The position numbers and the translations under genes were made by a program. A stretch of DNA of 63,788 nt from Leucoraja erinacea (Eukaryota): the NCBI RefSeq assembly GCF_028641065.1, contig NW_026576298.1, positions 62,001-125,788 on the forward strand, written 5' to 3'. The notes below the pieces were generated by a model. The model saw only the letters and a list, made by a program, of their open reading frames with translations. It did not search any database and was not told where the DNA came from. This document shows positions 1-29,183 of this stretch, one piece after another. How positions within the stretch are numbered: the stretch's first letter is position 1; the number at the start of each line of letters is the position of its first letter.

Positions 1-425
1 TTTGCATGTGTTGATGTTCGGCAACTTGAGCGTCCCGGAGCTGAAAAGAATGCAGAAAGTTGTGACCACTGCCCAGTCCATCATCGGCTCTGACCTCCCC
101 ACCATCGACGGGATCTATCGCAGTGGCTGCCAGCAACATCAAGGACATCCTGGCCACGTACTCATCTCTCAATTGCTGCCATCAGGTAGAAGGTACAGAA
201 GCCTGACATCCAGGTTCAGGAACAGCTACTTCCCCACAGCCATTAGGCTATTAAACTCGCCATCAAACAAACTCTGAACTATAACAGCCTATTATCTGTT
301 TATTTATGTGTGTATATATATATATGGTCTATGCTATATAGACACACTGAACTGTTCTGTATTTATGCTTACAATACTCTGTTGTGCTGCAGCAAGCAAG
401 AATTTCATCGTCCTATCTGGGACAC
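1..425 (+). mobile_element. Rex1/Babar-like LINE 3' fragment
   Basis: ORF 2..277 ends ...[28 protein letters not shown], a C-terminal motif typical of Rex1/Babar-type ORF2, followed by a 3' UTR-like segment. Confidence 0.6.
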
Positions 426-427
426 AT

Positions 428-1260
428 CCTTCATAGCAAAAGGATTTGAGTATAGGAGCAGGGAGGTTCTACTGCCGTTGTACAGGGTCTTGGTGAGACC
501 ACACCTGGAGTATCGCGTACAGTTTTGGTCTCCTAATCTGAGGAAAGACATTCTTGCCATAGAGGGAGTACAGAGAAGGTTCACCAGACTGATTCCTGGG
601 ATGTCAGGACTTTCATATGAAGAAAGACTGGATAGACTCGGTTTGTACTCGCAAGAATTTAGAAGATTGAGGGGGGGGGGATCTTATAGAAACTTACAAA
701 ATTCTTAAGGGGTTGGACAGGCTAGATGCAGGAAGATTGTTCCCGATGTTGGGGAAGTCCAGAACAAGAGGTCACACAGTTTAAGGATAAGGGGGAAATC
801 TTTTAGGACCGAGATGAGGAAAACATTTTTCACACAGAGAGTGGTGAATCTGCGGAATTCTCTGCCACAGAGGGTAGTTGAGGCCACACAGTTCATTGGC
901 TATATTTAAGAGGGAGTTACATGTGGGCCTTGTGGCTAAAGGGATCAGGGGTATGGAGAGAAGGCAGGGATGGGATACTGAGTTGGATGATCAGCCATGA
1001 TCATATTGAATGGCGGTGCAGGCTCAAAGGGTTGAGTGGCCTCTACTCCTGCACCTAATTTCTATGTTTCTATGTATGGTGAGAAGGCAGGTACAGGATA
1101 CTGAGTTGGATGATCAGCCATGATCATATTGAATGGCGGTGCAGGCTCGAAGGGCTGAATGGCCTCTACTCCTGCACCTATTTTCTATGTTTCTCTGCCT
1201 CAGAGGGTGGTGGAGGCCAGTTCTCTGGATGCTTTCAAGAGGGAGCTAGATAGGGCTTGA
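428..1260 (+). mobile_element. CR1 (HER1-like) LINE 3' fragments
   Basis: Translates to CR1 RT C-terminus ([49 protein letters not shown]), ending in TTCTATGT tails. Confidence 0.9.
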
Positions 1261-1484
1261 CTCTTGGTTTCTTGGTCCTCCAAAATATTCCAACTGGAAT
1301 TTAAACTGGAGGTGGTGGAGGGAGGGATTAAGGCAGGAAGGGTTATTGGGAAGAAAGTGCTACTTTAAATGTAGTTGCATCTGGTTGGGTAACTATAGTT
1401 TGGTGGAGATTATTCCATGCTTTTAATTGGGTGGGAAGAACCCCAGATCAGATGTAGCTGGGATTCAAATTACTTTGTCATACA

Positions 1485-1552
1485 GTCATGTGTACAGTGG
1501 TGAGACAACTGCCTTCCAAGCAGTGACCTGGGTTCGATTCCCGGCATCTCCA
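1485..1552 (+). pseudogene. degenerate tRNA-Gly(TCC) pseudogene
   Basis: Anticodon arm ACTGC-CT-TCC-AA-GCAGT (TCC at 1515-1517), T-arm CTGGG-TTCGATT-CCCGG and A-box-like TACAGTGGTGAG match vertebrate tRNA-Gly-TCC. The acceptor stem does not pair. Confidence 0.65.
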
Positions 1553-2059
1553 GGGCTTGAACTATAGTTTTTTGGAGCATTTCGTTGTCCATACTGTACA
1601 CTGCTGACAATTAAATTGAATCTGAATCTGAGCTGGGCTCTCTTAAAATAGCGTGTCAGGGGATATGGGGAAAGGCTTTCCACACAGAGTGTGAATCTCT
1701 GGAATCTGTCTTTAGTTGAGGCCACAGTTCATTGGCTATACAAGATTAGTTAGTGTGGCCCTTGGGCTAAGGGGATCTTAAAAAGAAGGCGGTAGGATAC
1801 TGGTTGGATGATCAGCCATGATCAGAAGGCGGGAAGGCTCGAAGGGCCGAATGGCCTACTCCTGATTTCTATGTTTGATCACATTACTGATTGGAGATGA
1901 TCACATGAATGGCGGTGCTGGCTCGAAGGGCCAAATGGCCTCTCCTCCTGCAACTATTGTCTAAACTTACTTACTTAGTGGGAGCCAAGGAAGAACGCGG
2001 GCAGGTGGGACTGGTGTGGGCCAGAGATTCTGCTTCCACGCTGTGTGACTCCATGACTT

Positions 2060-2700
2060 CCTCACACTTGGCGCCCTGTCCTCATGGCCATCCACCATTG
2101 TTGTCCGCCGGCGCCGGCGCCATCCCCCAGCCTTGCGGGGGGGGAGGGGTCCCCACAATTCGCCAATCCGCCCACCCCCTCCAGTTTTGGCGCCTCTTTG
2201 AACGGCGGCGTCCGCAAACCGCCCCCCCTCCCCGCCCCTCGCCTCCTGATCGACACCCGCCCCGACCAATAAGGAGCGCGCTCCCCGCGCCACTCCAACC
2301 AATCGGATTCAAATCGGTGGGCGGGACCAGCGCGGTGGCTGATGGACGGCCACCTCAGCCAATAGCGCTCGGGTTCACTCCGGTGGGCGGGCCCTGCCGC
2401 TGACGGGCGGGCGATCAGACCAACCGGTGAGTCGGCCCCCTGAGTGACGCGACCACCGACCAATGGGGAGGCGGTACTTTTAAAGACTCGGTAGGCGGGT
2501 TCTACCGGGTGCCGGCCAATGGGAGAGGAGGGAGGGTGAGCGCCGGCCAATGGGGGAGGCCGGGGGGCGGGACAAGCGGGCTGAGCGCCGAGTGTAATGG
2601 AGGCCGAGTAACTGAGGGAAGATAAAGGCTGTTTGTCCTTGGCTGCCGGCGAGGATAGAGAAGCGCTCCTTTCATTTTAAAACTACACACACACATATAT
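2060..2700 (+). promoter_or_regulatory. ANP32E CpG-island promoter (7 CCAAT boxes, GC boxes, E2F site, CDE/CHR)
   Basis: CpG-rich. CCAAT at 2163, 2266, 2299, 2359, 2460, 2516 and 2547; TTTGGCGC 2186-2193; TTTGAA 2197-2202; GGCGG-TACT-TTTAAA 2470-2484. Confidence 0.8.
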
Positions 2701-2802
2701 ATTTTTGCAAAGTTTCTTTTGCCCCCCCTCCACCCCCCCCGCGCGTTTTGTTTTTATTTTAAAGTAGGGGAGAGGGAGAGAAAAAAGGCAAAGCTGGCGA
2801 AA

Positions 2803-20644
<17,842 letters not shown>

Positions 20645-23600
20645 TTCCCCCCCTACCTCCACCCCCAGGGGCGTGACCAAACTCCTGATTTACCGCAATA
20701 CATCGTCGTAACATATTTGCTATGGTTTGGATGGAAGCTGTCGCGATTGGAGTTGAAGGGGGAGAGGAAAGGAGGAATAACCTGGGATTGGGGGGGGGGG
20801 GGGGGGGGGGGGGGAGGAAATTATTTTGTACTTTAAAAAAAAACAACAAAAAAACATTCCAATTTTCCCCACTGTCCTAGATTTATTTGTATTCCCCCGC
20901 CCCCCCCCCCCCCCAATGCCGTTTCACGGAGCTGGACACAGTGTTGGAGTAATTCAGCAGGTCGGGCAGTATCTCTGGAGAACATGGATAGGCGACGTTT
21001 TGGGTTGAGATTCTTCGGTCTGAAGAAGGATCCCCGAGCTGATCCACATCCTCCAGAGATGCTGCCTGAACCGCTGGGTTACTCCAGCACCTTATGTCCT
21101 TTTTTTTTGATAAACCAGCATCTGCCGTTCCTTGCTTCTGCCTTTTTCTAGACAGCCCTGATTGTACCTGGTAGAGAAAAATGCTGGAGGAACTCGGCGG
21201 GTGAGGCAGCATTTCTGGAGCGAAGGAAATAGGCGACGTTTCGGGTTGAGACCCTTCTTCAATCAGACTGAGTAAGTCTGAAGAAGGGTCTCGACCAGAA
21301 ATGTTGCCTATTTCCTTCGCTTCATAGATGCTGCCTCGCCCGCTGAGTTTCTCTAGCATTTTTATCTACCTTCGATTTTCCAGCATCTGCAGTTCCTTCT
21401 TAAACTGATTGTACCTGAGATCGCCATTCGATCAAAGTGCATCCAAATAGTTCCAAGTGAAAATCCAAAGCTCTAGGAGACAATATTCAGGGATGCGGAG
21501 GGGCGGTGAAGAGCAAATTGTTTTTTTCTGTGCGACTTTTAGAGCACGACATGCCTGCTTAATTTTCCTTAACAATTCCTGCCTACATTTGCTATGTAAA
21601 CACGTCACGCTGCAGTTGCACCTCCCCATCAGGAGAGGCACTGCAGCACACCACTGGCAGCAGAATCACTCACACTGGTACATCATCCCAATATATATAT
21701 ATATATATATAAATATATATGGTTGGCGTTTACAGTAAAGTCTACATATTTTTTTTTCTCCCAATTTTTCTTTTTCCTCTCCTCAATTATCTCCCACCCC
21801 CCCACTTCTATTCCTTAGGGAAACTGCAGGTAAAACCCTCCAAACCCCAGCGAGCTAGTATTTTGGATAGCCCGAGCCCCCGTTTAAATCCCTTTCCCAG
21901 CAGATCCTGCCTGTGGATACTTTAAATTTTTCCTCTTCGGGATGAGATTCCGAATTCCCATGCCCTATTTCCGTCCGGGTGGTTTCTAACCTGGTGCGAG
22001 GGGCATTGATGGCCATTTGTATCGGTGTCCATGCTTGAGGTTGGACAGTAGAGTAACAGCAGCAGCAGCTGACTAAAAAGAGATGTACCAAAATGCTGGA
22101 GTAACTCAGCTGTGGCGCAGCGGTAGAGTTGCTGCTTTTCAGCACCAGGTTCGATCCTGACTACGGATGCTGGCTGTACGGAATTTCGTGCATCCTCCCT
22201 GTGACCATGTGGGTTTACTCCGGGTGCTCTGGTTTCTTGCCACACTCCAACGCCGTGCATGTTCGTAGGTTAATTTGGCTCTGGTTAGATATTGCAGATT
22301 GTCCGTTGTGTGTGTATGTGTGTGTGTGTGGAGTAGCACTAGTGTATGAGGATCGCAGGTCGGCACGGACTCGGTGGGCCGAAGGGCCTGTTTCCGCTCA
22401 ATGTCTCTCAACTAAAGGTCAGGCAGCATCTCTGGAGAAAATGGGCAAGTGACAGGCGAGAATCCTGAATAACAAGTCCTTGACCCAAAACGTCACCTAT
22501 CCATGTTCTCCAGAGGTGCTGCCTGACCCACTGAGTTACTCCAGAACTCTGTGTCATTTTGTGTATTAACCAGCATTTGCAGTTCTTTATTTCTACATGG
22601 AACTAAAGATGCTGGTTTGCAAATAAATAAAGACAGTGCTGGCGTAACTCAGTGGATCAGGGTGAGGCAGTATCTTCACTTATAGAGATACAGCGCGGAA
22701 TTAGGCCCTTCGGCCCAGAGTCCGCACCGACCAGCGATCCTCGCACAATAACACTATCCTACATACACACACACACACTGGGGACAATTTACATTTTTTT
22801 TTACACCAAGCCAATTAATCTACAAACCTGTACGTACGTCTTCAGAGTGTGGGGGGAAACCGAAGATCTTGGAGAAACCCCACGGGGAGAACGTACAGAC
22901 AAGCACCCGTCGTCAGGATCGAACCCGAGTCTCGGGAGCCGTAAGGCAGCAGCTCTACCTGGTTACACAAAAAAGCTGGAGAATCTCAGCGGGTGCAGCA
23001 GCATCTATGCAGCGAAGGAAATAGGCAACGTTTCGGCCCGAAACGTTGCCTATTTCCTTCGCTCCATAGATGCTGCTGCACCCGCTGAGTTTCTCCAGCT
23101 TTTTTGTGTAACCTTCGATTCTCCAGCATCTGCAGTTCCCTCTTAAGCTCTACCTGGTTACCTGAGTTGCACTTGATGTGTTGTGTCTATCTATTGATGT
23201 AAGCCGACACTTGCAATTCCTTCTTACTGCAGCTGACTAAAGGGGGAGGGTTGTGTGCTTCACTGCTGGTGGCCAGCCTCATTGTTCATGGCCCTTTATG
23301 TTCCCCAGTGGGTATTTTTATCCGACTTGTCCAACTCCATCACATGCCAGAGTGAGCACCCTGACCAATCATTCTGGAAGGATGGAGCTAAAAAGTGATT
23401 GGGGCAGAATTGGGCCATTTGGCCCATCTAGTCTACTCCGCCATTCAATCATGGCTGATCTATTTCCCTCTCCTATCCCCATTCTCCTGCCTTCTCCCCA
23501 TATCCCTTGAAAAGGTGGTGCAACCTTCGACAGCAAACAACAGACAATAGGTGCAGGAGTAGAAGCCATTCGGCCCTGCGAGCCAGCACCGCCATTCAAT

Positions 23601-24320
23601 GTGATCATGGCTGATCATCCCCAATCAGTACCCCGTTCCTGCCTTCTCCCCATATCCCCTGCCTCTGCTATTTTTAAGAGCCCTATCTAGCTCACCCTTG
23701 AAAGCATCCAGAGAAACTGCCTCCACCTCTGAGGCAGAGAATTCCACAGACTCGCCACTCTCTATGTGAGAAAAAGTGTTTCCTCGTCTCCGTTTTGAAT
23801 GGCTTTAGACCATTATTTGCTTTCAGGGCCCCGGTTTAAGACTTTTAAGGTGCGGCTGGCTGTAACCTGTTTTTTGTTTGTTTTTTCCTCAACCAAGTGC
23901 TGCCACTGTAGTTGGCTCCTGACCCCCTTCGACTCCAATTGAAAATCGCGTCTTTAACCTGTTGTCGAGAAATTCCTCTGCAGATGCTGACAGTTGTCTG
24001 CGTGTCGGGGTGGGTTTTGTATTCGTAGATCTTGTGGGGCTTTTGTTTTGTAGCTAATACCTTACACACAGAAGGGAAAAAAAGAACACACGAGCGCCGT
24101 TGGAATTAGTCGCGGGACGGAGGGCTGCTCCTGTGAATCAAGATGAAGAATTTTCACGCGGTATTTTCTTGCTTTGACGAAGAAATTGTGCGGTCTTCAT
24201 GCTCTAATGTTTTGTACCAAGGTCACCAACGCTGTGGTTTTGTTTTTTAATGATGTTCTCCCTCGATTGTGGTGTTGCCGGGACAGACGCGCTGTTTATC
24301 GGCTGTGACCCAAATGCTGG

Positions 24321-24326
24321 AATAAA
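24321..24326 (+). terminator. candidate proximal polyadenylation signal for ANP32E
   Basis: AATAAA at the end of a unique U-rich UTR-like block. Confidence 0.45.
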
Positions 24327-25911
24327 ATTGTTACATTCCCCCCCCTCCCCACTCCTGCCTGTCTCCCAACCCCGTCACTACCCTAATATAAGGCAGTGCT
24401 GGAGCAACTCAGCACGTCAGGCAGCCTCTCTGGAGAAGATGGGCGGGTGACGTTTTGGGTCAGAGTGCGGGTGCACTCCAGAGTTGAGGCGGCGCAGCGG
24501 GTAGTGCCACTGCCTCTTGGAGCCGGAGACCCTGGTTGGATCCTGTCCGTGCAGAGTTTGGGCCCTTTCCCTTTATTCCTCCAGGTGCTCCGGTTTCCTC
24601 CCACATCCCAAAGACTTGTGGGTTTTGTTGGTTAACTGGCCCCTCTGTAAATTGCCCCTGGTATGTAGGGAGCGGGATAACACAGGGCAGGCATGAATGG
24701 GTGAACGGTTCCATGCTGTGACTAAGATGCTGCCTGACCTGCTGAGCTACTCCAGCACTTTGTGTATTAATCGCCATCTGCAGTTATTTGTTTCTACCAG
24801 GAACTGGAGATGCTGGTTTTACAAAGAAAGCCAAAAGTGCTGGAGTAACTTCAGCGGGTCTGTACTGGAGTAACTCAGCGGGTCAGGCAGCATCCCTGGA
24901 GAACATGGATAGTTGACGTTTCGGGTTCTCCACAGATGAAGGGTTTCGGCCCGAAACGTTGCCTATTTCCTTCGCTCCAAAGATGCTGCTGCACCCGCTG
25001 AGTTTCTCCAGCATTTTTGTGTACCTTCTCCACGGATGCTGCCTGACTCGCTGAGTAGCTCCAGCACTTTGCATCTTCAGTTCCTTATGTACCCTCCCCA
25101 TCTTTGACCCGATTTGGGGCATCTCTGGCCTGGGTTAAGTCTTCTCAGTGAAGACATCATTCTGCATTGCCTCCCCCCTGCCCTATCTATAACCCCCCCC
25201 CCCCCCCCTCCCCCTTCCAGAACTTAATTCCGACAGTGTTCCAAACAGTGACACTCCATTTTTAAAAGAGGATACTTTGTAAATAATCTGTTTGGTCGCC
25301 TTTTTAAGGAGAGATAAAGTCTCCCCCTCCCCTTGCCCCTCTTTTGTGTTTAAATTGTTTTTGGAAGAATAGTTTTTTTTTAATTATTTTGGTTTTAGGA
25401 TATACTGTATTTGGATGAAGCCATGGTAGAATTTTTAAATTTGGAATAATGAATTTGAAGCATTGCTTCGGCCTATTATAATCTCAACCCAGTGACTGCA
25501 GTGGTCTCTGAATGTTTCTCCGAGGATTTGTCCCAGGGATATTCCCAGGACCCATATTTGCTTGTGTCGGCTTCCCCCCCCCCCCCCCCACCCCGGGTTT
25601 TTTAGCAGCGGCTAGCGTTACCCACCGCCCTGACCCTTTCTCTCGAATTTGTGAAGTAGGTTTTTCTTTTTGTGTGTGTGAGATGCACCAATGTGTTGTA
25701 GGTTTATAATTCTCTTGCATTGCCCCCTCCCAAATGTGACCAGCTGACCTTACCCCCCCCACCCCTGTGTTTTAGTTGTTGCCGGGGGGAGAAATGTGGG
25801 GTTGTGACTTCTAACCATGAAAATTGCGCCTCCTGGGAACAGCTCTGGGTTTTATTTTGTGCTGTAAACTTAATGCTGTTTTTGTTTATATATAAATTGA
25901 AAGTTGCACAA

Positions 25912-25917
25912 AATAAA
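25912..25917 (+). terminator. candidate distal polyadenylation signal for ANP32E
   Basis: AATAAA after U-rich unique sequence, followed by a GT-rich downstream element (25950-25990). Confidence 0.55.
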
Positions 25918-27139
25918 GTTCCAAATGTTTCAGTAAAGCTTCTCGCTACTGGTGTGGAGCGAGTGAATGAGGTGTGTGGTGTTGAGTACGTGGGGCGGAG
26001 AAACATAGACAATAGACGCAGGAGGAGGCCATTCGAGCCAGCACCGCCATTCAGTGCGATCATGGCTGATCGTCCTCAATCAATAACCCGTGCCTGCCTC
26101 TCCCCTTTTCCAGCTTTTTTTTCCCTCCTTTCTTCTCCCCCACCTCCTCCAACGAGCAGACCTAAAGCGGCACCCATCATAGAAACATAGAAATAGGTGC
26201 AGGAGGAGGCCATTCGGCCCTTCGAGCCAGCACCGCCGTTCATTGCGATCATGGCTGATCGTCAACAATCAATAACCCGTGCCTGCCTTCTCCCCATATC
26301 CCTTGGTTCCACTAGCCCCTAGAGCTCTATCTAACTCTCTTAAATCCATCCAGTGATTTGGCCTCCACTGCCCTCTGTGGCAGGGAATTCCACAAATTCA
26401 CAACTCTCTGGGTGAAAAAGTTTTTTCTCACCTCAGTCTTAAATGGCCTCCACTTTATTCTAAGACTGTGTGTGGCCCCTGGTTCTGGACTCGCCCAACT
26501 TTGGGAACATTTTTCCTGCATCTAGCTTGTCCAGCCCTTTTATAATTTTATACGTTTCTATAAGATCCCCCCTCATCCTTCTACACTCCAGTGAATACAA
26601 GCCTAGCCTTTTCATTCTTTCCTCGTATGACAGTCCCGCCATCCCAGGGATCAAGGATGTGGGGTGGCATGGTAGAGTCGCTGCCCTTCAGCGCCAGAGA
26701 CCCTGCTTCGATCCTGACCACGGTGCTCTGTACGTAGAGATACAGCGTGGAAACAGATGCACCGACCAGTGATCCTCACTATCCTACACTATCCGACTAG
26801 GGACGATTTTTACATTTACCATGCCAATTAACCTACAAGCCTGTACGTCTTTGGAGGGTGGGAGGAAACTGAAAACCCACGGGGAGAACGTACAAATTCC
26901 GTACAGACAGCACCCTTAGCCAGGCTCGAACCCGGGTCTCCGGCGCTGCATTCGCTGTAAGGCGGGAACTCTACCGCTGCGCCACCGTTACCGCCCTAAA
27001 AGAGTCTTCAGGCTGATTTTCTCTTGAGTGCTTCGGTTTCCACACACACTCCAAAGACGTACGGGTTTGCAGGTACATTGATTTGGTTATAAATGTAAAT
27101 TGTCCCTAGTATATCTGTTCTATGACATTTTTTATGTAG

Positions 27140-28520
27140 AAAGTAAATGATTCCTGTCTTATTTCAGTGCATTGCAAGATCATCGCTTTATAGCCACTCA
27201 GTCTTACTTGTACCATAGTCTTGGAGGTGATGGTTTGGAACATCTCTTCAAGCAGAAAGTAAATAATTCCTTATTCCAATGCATTTGCAAGATCATGGCC
27301 CTTTTGGCCACTGAGTCTTATAGGACCATAGTCTTGGAGGTGATGGTTTGGGACATCCCCCATTCCTTCAAGCAGAAAATAAATAATTCCTTTTTCCCTT
27401 CGCTCCAGAGATGCTGCTGCACCTGCTGAGTTTCTCCAGTATTTTTTGTCTACCTTAAATAATTCCTTGCATTGTCATTGTCCTATCAGGGACACATGAC
27501 AATAAACCCACTTGAAATAATTCCTTATTCCAGTGCATTTGCAAGATCATGTCCCTTTTGACCACTGAGTCTTATTGCACCATAGTCTTGAAGGTGATAG
27601 TTAGGAACATCTCAAGCAGAAAGTAAATAATTCCTTATTCCAGTGCATTTGCAAGATCATGGTGCATTTGCAAGATCATGGCCCTTTTGGCCACTGAGTC
27701 TTATAGGACCATAGTCTTGGAGGTGATGGTTTGGGACATCCCCCATTCCTTCAAGCAGAAAATAAATAATTCCTTTTTCCCTTCGCTCCATAGATGCTGC
27801 TGCACCTGCTGAGTTTCTCCAGTATTTTTGTGTACCTTAAATAATTCCTTTCATTGTCATTGACAATTTAATTGACCTATCAGGGACACATGACAATAAA
27901 CTCACTTGAGATAATTCCTTATTCCAGTGCAATTGCAAGATCATGTCCCTTTTGGCCACTGAGCCTTATTGCACCATAGTCTTGGAGGTGATGGTTTGGG
28001 ACATCCCCCATTCCTTCAAGCAGAAAATAAATAATTCATTTTTTCCTTCGCTCCTGAGATGCTGCTGCACCTGCTGAGTTTCTCCAGCATTTTTGTCTAC
28101 CTTAAATAATTCCTTATTCCAGTGCATTTGCAAGATCATGACCCTTTTTGGCCACTGAGTCACTTAGTGGCACCATAGTCTTGGCGATGATGGTTTGGGA
28201 CATCACCCATTCCTTCAAGCAGAGTTTCTCCAGCATTTTTGTCGACCTTAAATAATTCCTTATTCCAGTGCATTTGCAAGATCATGTCCCTTTTGGCCAC
28301 TGAGTCTTATTGCACCATAGTCTTGGAGGAGAGAGTTTGCAACATCACCCATTCCTTCAAGCAGAAAGTAAATAATTCCTTATTCCAGTGCATTTGCAAG
28401 ATCATGGCCCTTTTGGCCACTGAGTCTTATTGCACCATAGTCTTGGAGGTGAGAGTTTGCAACACCCCTTGAGGCAGAAAGTAAATCATTCCTTATTCCA
28501 GTGCATTTGCAAGATCATGG
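27140..28520. repeat. 120-bp tandem repeat with interspersed Penelope-end fragments
   Basis: Unit AAATAATTCCTTATTCCAGTGCATTTGCAAGATCATGGCCC...CAAGCAGAAAGT recurs at 120-bp spacing (e.g. 27261/27381, 28251/28371); about 8-9 copies. Confidence 0.9.
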
Positions 28521-28609
28521 TGCATTTGCAAGGCAAGAAATAATGATGTCCCTTATGCTCCATAGACATGTGGGTGGGGGAGGGGAGGAAGGGTTAGAGG
28601 AGAACAATC

Positions 28610-28800
28610 TTGTGCGCTGGCCCTCTGGGAGTTGTAGTCGGTGCCGGCGCAGAGGACGTGGCGTCGCCCCGGGCCGGGCCGTGCGTGGGACTACAAGTCC
28701 CAGCGCGCACCGCGCACGGTATCATTCAAACACCTCTCCATGGCAACGGACCAAGCAATGGGGCGGGCGTGAAAGGCCGCCCCCATCTCCAGGCTCTTTA
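28610..28800 (+). promoter_or_regulatory. CpG-rich promoter with two ZNF143/THAP11 (SBS) motifs, RFX X-box and GC box
   Basis: TGGGAGTTGTAGT (28626-28638, reverse orientation), ACTACAAGTCCCAGC (28690-28704), CTCTCCATGGCAAC (28734-28747), GGGCGGG near 28761. Confidence 0.75.
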
Positions 28801-28804
28801 AAAG

Positions 28805-28862
28805 ATGAAAAGAGCCTCACAAAATGTCCTTGTCTTTACTTGTTTGGCTGTATGTCTCTCTG
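28805..28862 (+). CDS. putative first coding exon (signal peptide MKRASQNVLVFTCLAVCLS-G) of an uncharacterised gene
   Basis: AAGATGA start directly after the promoter; basic N-terminus plus hydrophobic core; consensus donor TG|gtaagt in phase 1. Confidence 0.6.
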
Positions 28863-29183
28863 GTAAGTGTTAGAAGTTCATAAGATAAGAGAAGATACCA
28901 GCAGCAGCAACAAAAAAGGCCATTCCTCCCATTGTGTCCATGCTAGCCCATTCCCAGATTGAAGGCACTCATGGTTTCTGGATCGTCTCAACAGCAATAA
29001 CAGCCGCAAGGGTGTAGGAAGGAACTGCAGGTGCTGGTTTTAAACAAACACACAAAATTGCTGAGAGGAAAGACTTTCTCACCTGGAGAGTTGTGAAATT
29101 TGTGGAATTTCCCTGCCACAGAGGGCAGTGGAGGCCAAGTCACTGGATGGATTTAAGAGAGAGTTAGATAGAGCTCTAGGGGC

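Noticed and set aside
1909-2550. ORFs across the CpG island
   Set aside because: GC-rich promoter sequence; no protein resemblance.
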